This document shows positions 34,901-42,487 of a stretch of 42,487 nt of DNA, in pieces. Source of the stretch: a virus (taxonomy: Duplodnaviria; Caudoviricetes); IMG/VR virus record IMGVR_UViG_3300024320_000014, positions 1-42,487 of that record, one strand, 5' to 3'. The notes under the pieces are model-generated. The model saw nothing but the letters and a program-made list of their open reading frames with translations. It was not told the DNA's origin and did no database searches. A program made the position numbers and the translations under genes. How positions within the stretch are numbered: position 1 is the first letter of the stretch; the number at the start of each line of letters is the position of its first letter.

Positions 34901-36130
34901 ATTGATAATGACCATATCACAGTTACAAACACTTCGGGCACTACATATAAAGTTGTTTTCTGGACATATGCAGTTACGGTTGGCGCCCTAATTGACGTGT
35001 TTATTGGTTCGGCACCAACGTTGTCTGATATTGCAGATTACTCAGTGAGAGTCAAAGCATCATTTGATTTAGCAACACAAACAAATACAACAACAGCAAC
35101 GTACAAATCTATGGCATCATATGTATATGATGATTACTTGACGGGTGCTGGCTATAAAGATAATACAAAAGTTAAACTATTCGCATCAAATACTGATGAC
35201 CATCCATATAGTATATTCGATATTACTGCTAGTCAGAAGATTGTATTAGAAAGTTATACAAAAGATAACATAGCATACGAAAGAGCATCAAAGGTCGCAA
35301 TAGCAGCCGCACAAGATTCGGGACCAACAGACCCAGATTCTTCAGTGCCATCGACTGCTACATTGTGGTTTAATACAACAAACAATACATGGTACAAACG
35401 TATCGGTGGTGTATGGAATCCATCGTTTACGTACACTAGTGCGGGTGGAAATGATATAGTATACAACACCATTACTTACTCAGTAAAAGAAGGAATAACT
35501 TTCGTTGAAGATAACTTTTCAAGTTTCAGATGGGAACATTATGCAGATGTAGACAAACGAATAGACCCTAGTACAAGTAACATTGTTGACATGTATGTAT
35601 TAAGTTCAGACTACGTAAGAAACGTTGAGAAATGGATAGCAAACAACTTTACAACTACGGTGCCAGTTGCTCCTAATAATTTTGAATTATCAAAAATAAT
35701 GAACACAATTGAGCCTAAGGCTGCCATTGCAGACCACGTGGCTTATATTCCAGTAGAGTTTAAATACTTGTTCGGTTCTTATGCTGAAAACGAGAATCAA
35801 GCAATATTCAAAGTTATTAAAAGATTAGGTGTAGGATATACTGACAGTGAAATAAAAACAGAAGTATCTAAAAAAGTAAACGAGTACTTCTCGATTGACA
35901 ATTGGGATTTTGGTGCTACGTTCTACTTCTCAGAACTTGCGGCATACTTACATAAAGAATTAGGAGATTATATCTCAAGTGTAGTAATTACACCAAAATA
36001 TGCTTCAAATGAATTTACAAACTTATTAAGCATCTCATGTGCCTTAAACGAAGTGTTCATGGCAGTAACAACATCAAACGATGTAAAAATAATAACACAA
36101 TTAGCACAATCTGAATTAGTAGGCGGATAA
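31907..36130 (+). CDS. Baseplate wedge protein, T4 gp6-like, enlarged (1407 aa)
   Basis: DFDTIRAAL...FNDF..SSEFIAILDLVAY, ENFMDTAERRASILQMAKTLGY, DGVFGN and SQDRMVNAQDY motifs; follows gp25. Confidence 0.88.
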   Translation: MSQERTDNLFASESWTTVYTAFTNVSLKAYDFDTIRAALLDYTAQTYPEKFNDFIASSEFIAILDLVAYLGHSLAFRLDMNTRENFMDTAERRASILQMAKTLGYNKTRPINAKGFMKISSVTTNEDVLDNEGVSLAGKIINWNDSNNIDWYENFISILNSSFSGTTKIQNPTSKLTIADVEHSLYEINEDTSSKNITYPFSSNVSGKSRQFEAVRVKIDSATSNIFEDEPNLNNNFTIINRNDNLGSASDRTGFFVYACAGQLGFQDENYTTTISNRTQSITDINISNSDVWVQKLDSQRAYVSSVVKADNDTRETAIYNALRTGSGDIVSVNSIENNRIELHYPDGVFGNAATGVYRTWYRTVDNENFTVNADDITNEVITIPYTSSDNRTYRITLTLTSTRDFSENYSGETYASIRRTAPRSYYSQDRMVNAQDYNVYPLSLGTNIVRKVKAVNTSFAGNSRFYEMDDVLGHHSNLSVTGSDGSLFVENETIKIPLSYNKLQGNSDNFIRNELTKAIKHPSFLNSFFHKYRGLSSILVSIAKNYTYDSSNHMKISASTVTTVINEGDIFELSSLSGTTYAKVIAVSGTTYTLDKAIKENGTIVNVIRGLRTKFTEAEVTSIKTKVNSSVEETFTIKYAIKTGETNIWEWQLHTVAGTPSECHVVFNYSSGIRDNESEYVATFTGKKIAFESRDQVKFFYGNTTDVIDNETNLSTRDAIYLNYLTTGGSTTSGYGSTVGDVVTIGQAPISNSAVYNTTGASFDAIFQYTGARESYEFANSNPAVSGTTYTHSLISPNGIEYPLAPSNIIAPTTASGKIIGDATDLGNGIDKLQLRIDDLSVITGLSTTVGLDSPVTASSETNTSLSNVTINYEGEPGDIKTLANADSSFTTISTSNLNSLGFKGKTSLSYFNAASTSSNFVFRDNSDSAEQNDMVITYHAGFDEYTFVLPWQTSFQINTLDSDIDFKQYAYGEFSITSATALTTSNILLRTETGAFIDNDHITVTNTSGTTYKVVFWTYAVTVGALIDVFIGSAPTLSDIADYSVRVKASFDLATQTNTTTATYKSMASYVYDDYLTGAGYKDNTKVKLFASNTDDHPYSIFDITASQKIVLESYTKDNIAYERASKVAIAAAQDSGPTDPDSSVPSTATLWFNTTNNTWYKRIGGVWNPSFTYTSAGGNDIVYNTITYSVKEGITFVEDNFSSFRWEHYADVDKRIDPSTSNIVDMYVLSSDYVRNVEKWIANNFTTTVPVAPNNFELSKIMNTIEPKAAIADHVAYIPVEFKYLFGSYAENENQAIFKVIKRLGVGYTDSEIKTEVSKKVNEYFSIDNWDFGATFYFSELAAYLHKELGDYISSVVITPKYASNEFTNLLSISCALNEVFMAVTTSNDVKIITQLAQSELVGG

Positions 36131-36131
36131 C

Positions 36132-39100
36132 ATGGCAAAGAAGATTTATGACTTTTTACCAGGGCACCTGAAGAACAGCGAGTTAGAAACAATATTCGAC
36201 ACGACACTTGACCGCGCCTTTTCTTCTGGTAAGATGGAGAAAACAAAAGCGTTCGTTGGTAGAAAAGAAAAAGGAATATTCAAAAGTAGTGATATATATC
36301 TTTCTTTTCCATCTACATCATATGCAAGAGACAATTACGGTTTAGAACCAACATTCACAAACAGAGATGCATCTGATAGTGTATTCTATGATGACTTACT
36401 GAATGCGACTTATAATAAAGGTGCATTAACAAACGACCACAGACGATTATTTAATAGCACTCTAAACACTGTTGCTCTTCCAATAGACCTAGACAAGTTT
36501 GTCAACTACAGTATGTATTACTGGGTATCTCCTGGATTTGACGCTTCAATTCCTGGCTCAAACGATAAACATTATGTCACAATAGAATATAGTGTAGGTT
36601 CGTGGTGGAGTGGTAGCAACTCTTGGTATCATTACGATGATATCAAAGCATTGATTACAGATGCAAACTTTACAAAAATATCACAAGCACTAAGACCAAT
36701 TATTGAATTCGATAAAGATATTGAGTTGAGTACTACATCAGTCGCAGTGTCAACTTCTGGAGAAATACCAACATTCAAATCATACGATTCAAGTAACGCA
36801 TATGTAAAAGATATAAACATATTTCATTATGTAATTGGTGCTAATTATATAACAGACACAGAATTAGGATTTAAACCTAAACTAAAAGCAGGCGACTATC
36901 AAAGTGAATTTGTATTTAATATTGACTTAGATGAATCGTCAACATACAAATATAATACAGATTATAAAAAGTTGATGGTAACTTCAACATTTGACTACAG
37001 AAATCTAAGACAAGAAGTAGGTGATAAAATATCAGTTTCAGAAATCGAACTGCTTCAATCACCAAAGAACACAAATGGACAAAATCAAATAGATTTATAT
37101 GTAAATGGCGATAAGCAAATAGGAAATCACGTATACAACAGCACTACAAAGAAAATCACATTAACCGAAGCAGTTTCTGGAAACATATATGTAGATTATT
37201 GTACTGATACTCCAGTAGTTTTTGATGGCGAAACCGTGTTTCAAAGACTTAATCCAGCACTAGAATATAATGTAGACAACACAACATATTATAATACAGA
37301 GATGACATATTCTCTTGTTTACGAACACTGTGTTCGTATAATTGAAACGGTCTTCGAATTAACAGGAAGTGCAAATGCGGCCAACAACTACAGAGCAACA
37401 GGAACAAACTCAGATAAACTAAGGTTTGCTGATAAAGGTAGTGTTCTTATTAGAAACTCAATAGATATTAAAGAGGCATACTTTGCATTAACACGAGAAG
37501 ATTATAATCCAATTAAAGCAACTGAATTCTTATCAGGCGCATATAATGGTTACAAAAACAAATTTCTTACAACAGTTCAATCTATAATAGATTCAACTGC
37601 AAGTGGAAGCAAGACAGATTTACAGATACTAGAAGAAGCAATTACTACTATTTCTCTTGGAAAACATAAGAGTGTAAGTATTTTTAGAGACAGTATTATG
37701 GTGAACTTTGGCGAAGCAAACGCTCACTATCAAGCACTCGATGTTTCTGTTATTAATGGCGCAACTGAACAAGTTATGCCAACGTTTACTAACTCGATAT
37801 TAAATGACAAAGATATAACTGTTATTTTAAATAATGTTATTCAGAGATTAAATGTAGATTATACATTATCTTCTGGTGCAACAGAAATAAACTTTACAAC
37901 AGCAAGGTCAACAGGTGATGTAATAACTGTTAGACATTATAGTAGTATAAAAGAAACTTATGTACCGCCAAGTGCAACTTCATTATCAATTGCTCCAGCA
38001 TACAAACCAGAATCAATTACAGACTCAAGATATAGTCCCTCAGTAGACTTTATTAGAGGCCACGATGGCTCATTAGTTCCAAAATATGGAACAAGAATTG
38101 ATGACATACTTCTTGCATTTGAAACTTTAATATTCAATAACCTAACAGATAATACAGGTTCTAAATATAATATCATTGATAGTATGAATTATGGAATATA
38201 CAATAGTGCTTCTAATGATTATACAAATGCTGAAAAGAAATATATTATGTATCCGTTCTTTAAGAAATGGATGATGCGTAATAACATTGACAATCTAAAC
38301 AATGATGATTTTGATGCAACTGATTATAAGACTTGGAATTATCGTTCTAAGGACGAGAACTCAGCAGGTCATTGGAGAGGACAATTAATATATACATATG
38401 GCACAGATAGACCTCTACAAGAGCCATGGAAAGTGCTAAAATATTCACAAAAGCCCACGGGATTCGATACTTGGTATGGAAGTGCAAATTACACATCATC
38501 GACCTGGTGGAATCAACTTATAACACAAGAATCATTAACTATTCCTAATCCGGTTGACGGTTCAGGAAATCTAAAAATACCGAAAGATTTATTCTTTGGC
38601 GGGGCAATTGATTCATCAGAGATTGCATTGATGGACCAAGCATGGGAATTTGGAGACAATTCTCCAGTTGAACTTGCGTGGACTCGTAGTAGTGAATTTC
38701 TCTTTGCTGAATTTGTAGTAATGCTATTAACAAAACCATTTCAGGTTTTATACGATTATAGTACTGAAATGAAAAACATCATTCGCTACTCAAATAAAAA
38801 CGATGGCATCGACACTGATGTAGTAATTGCAGATAAAGCCAATTATTCATTTAAGTTAGGTTCAAAACTAGGTGGCTTTGTTAACAACTTTAAATTACAA
38901 ACAGAAAACAACTCATTATCAAATAGTAGATTTACTGATTTGCCAGCAGATAACTTTGATTTATTTGTTCATGCTGGTGTGCCAAATAGAAGTGAATTCT
39001 TTAGTGCTATTGTATTAGAAAAGGTATCACTAGATGCTAAACATCCAACATACTCTTTTGGAGATTTATCAACTTACATAAAGGGTGACATCGTTCTGAA

Positions 39101-42100
39101 TTTAAATGATGGTAAATATTATAAAAGAAAAGTTTCATCACTAACAACAAAAGAGACATCCCCTCCTAGTGGAACGTTCTTTGACTATAGTGGGTGGACA
39201 TTAGTATCACAACCCAAAACTAATAAGTTTGGTTTTAGAGTACATGGATATGATGAGATTAATCCTACATTCTATGCAATGGGATGGGACAAAGCAAGTG
39301 GAGAAAAAGCATTCTCAACATCAGGTGACAAACTTACACTACAACAGTGGCAACCTGGTGAATACTATAGAATGGATTCATATATATTATGGAATGATAC
39401 TCCGTATGTTTGTCTTGCAAATCATACATCTACTTCAATTTTTGATGACAACATTAAAGACTGGAAGCCAGTAACAGAATGGCCTAGAGTTAATAAAGTT
39501 CAAGCAGTTGGATATAAAGAATTAGCAAACGACACAGTAAAGAATTATAACTACGGTGACATTTTAGAATCAGTAGACGATGTTGCTCATTTGATAATGG
39601 GTTATGAACATTATCTTAAATTAGTAGGATGGGAATTCACCGACACAAGTGAATTTGGTGATGTGATAGATTGGGAAAATCTATTATATAAGTTCCTAGA
39701 ATGGCAATCAGAAATACACGAGATTGGTGATTTTATCACTCTTACTCCGCTATTAACAGGTGGCAGTTTTGATGCAAACTATGGCGTTGCAAGTGTGACT
39801 ACTGAAACATTTAAAAACTATTATCGTGTAATAGATTCAGCAGGCAGACTTATACCAAATTCTGAACTTGAGTTTCGCACAGATGGTTCTAAGTTGATAT
39901 TCAAAAGCACTGTTCCTATCTACGGAATGAAGATGGATATCAGAGATATTGAACATGCATTTGTCGTTGACAGAACTGATAGTTATGAAGATATCATATA
40001 CGACCCACACACGCATACTAGAAATCTTAGAATGCAAGTAGACTGCAATAGAACTATCGATTGGGATGGAACTATGGCAGTAGATGGTTATATTGTTAAC
40101 GATAATCAATTAATACCAAACTTCGACACAATGATTGAAGACACACGTTATTATAGAGACACTCTTGTTGACCAAAGTCTTTCAGTTATTAATAATTTAA
40201 AATCAAATCACTATGGATATACTACAAGAGCATATCTAACAAATCATGGTGTTGAAAGAGAATCACAATTAGAATTTTATAAAGGATTTTTATCTCACAA
40301 AGGAACTAATTCTAGTATTAACAAAATTGTTAATAACAATAGTAACTTTGAGAATATAACACATGCTGATATTTGGGCAGTTAAACTAAGTGACTACGGC
40401 CACGAGTCTAATAAATTTACAATGACAAAAGATATTACGGTATCTGATATGATTAAAGCCCCATATCTAGTAGATTATGCAGACCCAACTAAACAACTTT
40501 TAGAAGTTTCTGGCAAAAAGAACATAGCACTAAAAACAACAGGATATGTAGATGAAGCAGATGTAAACTACATCACATCAACACACGAATCACTAGTTAA
40601 CCTAACAGACAGCACATTATATGAGGGAGATGTATCTTGGGTACAAGCAGATATAGATAGAGATTGGGATGTTGTGCGACTAAGTGAAGTAGCAGAAATA
40701 AGTTATGTTGGTGAAACATCAGATAACCAATTGTACATTGGAACTACAAATGCAATCGATGGCCAATTTATTAATAAGCCAATTTATTTAAAAATTTCAG
40801 CCGCTGAAATAAGTCCAACAATAGGTGGATACTATCTTTTGTCTACTAACGGAACAAAAACAGTAAACGGAAGCACAGTACATGAATATCTAGTATTTGA
40901 AGAAGATTTTGAACCTTTAATTGTTGAGATAGACTCAACAACTACTAACAGTGTATTTGTTCCAACTAATGCAGATTCTGGTGTAGAAGCAATCGGCTCA
41001 GTGAGCAACCCAGTATTTGCTAGTGGCGAATCGATTTCGATTGATGGTACAACATTCACTTACGCACCGTCGGGGACTACTAGTACTGGAATTACAATTC
41101 TAGGTACAGTTGCAAACCCAATTGTGTCTGAGGGCGAACAAGCACGATTTGTCGTTTACAATTCTGGTGGTACAGTTGAAAACGGAACAAACACAACAGT
41201 CACATTCTCTGGAACTGTTGCAAGAACAACGGGCGCATTTAGTTCAACTCAAGGCGACCAAATAACAATTGATGGTACGTCATTGACTGTTGATTATAGT
41301 TCAACTGACAGTATATCACAGACTACGACAGCAACAAGAAGTTCGACATTAACGACAGGAAACACCGTTGTTATCGATAGCATTACAAAGACAGTTGCAG
41401 ATTTATCAGTTACAGGCACAGTTACATCGCCAGTGATGACATCGACAAAGCCACTAACAATTAATGGCGACACAGTTACATTAACAAACGGAGATGATTT
41501 AGCCGCAATTATAATTGCGATTAACTCGGGAACAACTGAAGTTATAGCATCACAAACATCAAATCAATTGGTTCTCACAACAACAGTTCCACAACTAACT
41601 ATGACTGGCGGTGTATTGACTGATTTAGGACTTTCATCTACTAACTCATATACAAATTCAAAACTAGACCAGTTAAGAGACGAATTAGATACAATAACTA
41701 ATATTACTGCCACTATCGATGCAAACAATCGTATGACTATAGCAAGTTCAGGAAGTCAAATGATTATTTCTGGAACAGCATTAAGTGAATTAGGAATAAC
41801 AGCAGGAACTTATCTTTCTAATTCTAATCCAACACAGGCAAGTGTTGTTCAACAAATAAACGCACTATCTATTTTAGGTGTTACTGCTGAAGTTATAACA
41901 GGCACAATAAAAATTACAAGTACAAATCATAATTTAGATATAGTTGAAGTAACATCGGGTGCTATGAGTAGATTAGGGTATGCAACTACTACAGTTGCAA
42001 TTGATGCCACAGACACAATAGTATCTGACTTAAATACTCAAGTATTCTCGGGTGCAACAGTTTCCGCAGTCAAATCTGATAGACAAGTGAAAATAACAAG

Positions 42101-42487
42101 TACAGAAAAGAGTATAGTTACAAGCAATCTTTCTGGTGACCCTCTGGCAGACATGGGCATAACAGCAGGCACATATAGTAACACTGTATCATCAAGTCCT
42201 ACAGCACTAGAGTTTGCAAGTCAAATCACTGCCGCATCTGATATTTCGGTCGGAGTTTCAAGTGATGGTAGAATGATATTCACTAACGATACTGTACAGA
42301 TGACATTCTCTGGAACTTCTACTGCAATGTTGACTAAGATAGGACTCTCGTTGATATATTCTAATGTCACATCAAGTGCTAATTTCAAAGCAATGATTTG
42401 GAAATCAATAAGACACACGATTGGAGTTAACGGCGCCACACTTACAGAATTCAATAATAGTCTAGGACTAAACAGTGCAAGTAAGTT
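36132..42487 (+). CDS. Giant virion structural protein (gp7-like position), >2100 aa, 3' truncated by the window edge
   Basis: ATG at 36132, 1 nt after the gp6 stop (MAKKIYDFLPGHLKNSELETIFDTTLDRAFS...IDLDKFVNYSMYYW). Missing from the ORF track, which fits having no stop before the window end; the segments I translated near both ends are open. Confidence 0.8.
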   Translation, partial: MAKKIYDFLPGHLKNSELETIFDTTLDRAFSSGKMEKTKAFVGRKEKGIFKSSDIYLSFPSTSYARDNYGLEPTFTNRDASDSVFYDDLLNATYNKGALTNDHRRLFNSTLNTVALPIDLDKFVNYSMYYWVSPGFDASIPGSNDKHYVTIEYSVGSWWSGSNSWYHYDDIKALITDANFTKISQALRPIIEFDKDIELSTTSVAVSTSGEIPTFKSYDSSNAYVKDINIFHYVIGANYITDTELGFKPKLKAGDYQSEFVFNIDLDESSTYKYNTDYKKLMVTSTFDYRNLRQEVGDKISVSEIELLQSPKNTNGQNQIDLYVNGDKQIGNHVYNSTTKKITLTEAVSGNIYVDYCTDTPVVFDGETVFQRLNPALEYNVDNTTYYNTEMTYSLVYEHCVRIIETVFELTGSANAANNYRATGTNSDKLRFADKGSVLIRNSIDIKEAYFALTREDYNPIKATEFLSGAYNGYKNKFLTTVQSIIDSTASGSKTDLQILEEAITTISLGKHKSVSIFRDSIMVNFGEANAHYQALDVSVINGATEQVMPTFTNSILNDKDITVILNNVIQRLNVDYTLSSGATEINFTTARSTGDVITVRHYSSIKETYVPPSATSLSIAPAYKPESITDSRYSPSVDFIRGHDGSLVPKYGTRIDDILLAFETLIFNNLTDNTGSKYNIIDSMNYGIYNSASNDYTNAEKKYIMYPFFKKWMMRNNIDNLNNDDFDATDYKTWNYRSKDENSAGHWRGQLIYTYGTDRPLQEPWKVLKYSQKPTGFDTWYGSANYTSSTWWNQLITQESLTIPNPVDGSGNLKIPKDLFFGGAIDSSEIALMDQAWEFGDNSPVELAWTRSSEFLFAEFVVMLLTKPFQVLYDYSTEMKNIIRYSNKNDGIDTDVVIADKANYSFKLGSKLGGFVNNFKLQTENNSLSNSRFTDLPADNFDLFVHAGVPNRSEFFSAIVLEKVSLDAKHPTYSFGDLSTYIKGDIVLNLNDGKYYKRKVSSLTTKETSPPSGTFFDYSGWTLVSQPKTNKFGFRVHGYDEINPTFYAMGWDKASGEKAFSTSGDKLTLQQWQPGEYYRMDSYILWNDTPYVCLANHTSTSIFDDNIKDWKPVTEWPRVNKVQAVGYKELANDTVKNYNYGDILESVDDVAHLIMGYEHYLKLVGWEFTDTSEFGDVIDWENLLYKFLEWQSEIHEIGDFITLTPLLTGGSFDANYGVASVTTETFKNYYRVIDSAGRLIPNSELEFRTDGSKLIFKSTVPIYGMKMDIRDIEHAFVVDRTDSYEDIIYDPHTHTRNLRMQVDCNRTIDWDGTMAVDGYIVNDNQLIPNFDTMIEDTRYYRDTLVDQSLSVINNLKSNHYGYTTRAYLTNHGVERESQLEFYKGFLSHKGTNSSINKIVNNNSNFENITHADIWAVKLSDYGHESNKFTMTKDITVSDMIKAPYLVDYADPTKQLLEVSGKKNIALKTTGYVDEADVNYITSTHESLVNLTDSTLYEGDVSWVQADIDRDWDVVRLSEVAEISYVGETSDNQLYIGTTNAIDGQFINKPIYLKISAAEISPTIGGYYLLSTNGTKTVNGSTVHEYLVFEEDFEPLIVEIDSTTTNSVFVPTNADSGVEAIGSVSNPVFASGESISIDGTTFTYAPSGTTSTGITILGTVANPIVSEGEQARFVVYNSGGTVENGTNTTVTFSGTVARTTGAFSSTQGDQITIDGTSLTVDYSSTDSISQTTTATRSSTLTTGNTVVIDSITKTVADLSVTGTVTSPVMTSTKPLTINGDTVTLTNGDDLAAIIIAINSGTTEVIASQTSNQLVLTTTVPQLTMTGGVLTDLGLSSTNSYTNSKLDQLRDELDTITNITATIDANNRMTIASSGSQMIISGTALSELGITAGTYLSNSNPTQASVVQQINALSILGVTAEVITGTIKITSTNHNLDIVEVTSGAMSRLGYATTTVAIDATDTIVSDLNTQVFSGATVSAVKSDRQVKITSTEKSIVTSNLSGDPLADMGITAGTYSNTVSSSPTALEFASQITAASDISVGVSSDGRMIFTNDTVQMTFSGTSTAMLTKIGLSLIYSNVTSSANFKAMIWKSIRHTIGVNGATLTEFNNSLGLNSASK

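Noticed and set aside
1-42487. CRISPR arrays, tRNA genes, alternative genetic code
   Set aside because: No regularly spaced repeats or cloverleaf/T-loop motifs seen by eye. Core genes are full-length under the standard code.

Overview
AT-rich segment of a large T4-like (myovirus, probably jumbo) bacteriophage genome, read in the standard genetic code. It holds a gp15-like tail completion gene (partial), a Nudix hydrolase, two fibre genes, the head operon (portal, acidic core protein, prohead protease, scaffold, major capsid protein), a tape-measure-like gene, a gp26/gp51-like pair, a stand-alone GIY-YIG nuclease, a gp55-gp47-SDR-gp46-Hc1 operon, and a baseplate cluster (tube cap, gp53, hub, gp5, degenerate lysozyme, gp25, gp6, and a >2100-aa protein running off the right end). 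A host-like clpP sits antisense inside the baseplate cluster. The most novel signal is non-coding. There are four apparently structured RNAs: about 2470-2690 (+), 5477-5242 (-), 17077-17570 (+) and 18570-18401 (-). Three have their own near-consensus sigma70 promoter; the fourth follows a late promoter. The large ~500-nt RNA lies directly upstream of the GIY-YIG gene, inside a 1.6-kb module bounded by convergent promoters that share an identical 16-bp upstream element. I also find a likely programmed -1 frameshift fusing the gp26-like and gp51-like ORFs, and a bipartite late-promoter motif (AAACTWCG-N13/14-GATAAATA) in front of three baseplate genes. All family assignments come from motif recognition by eye; no database searches or folding programs were run.
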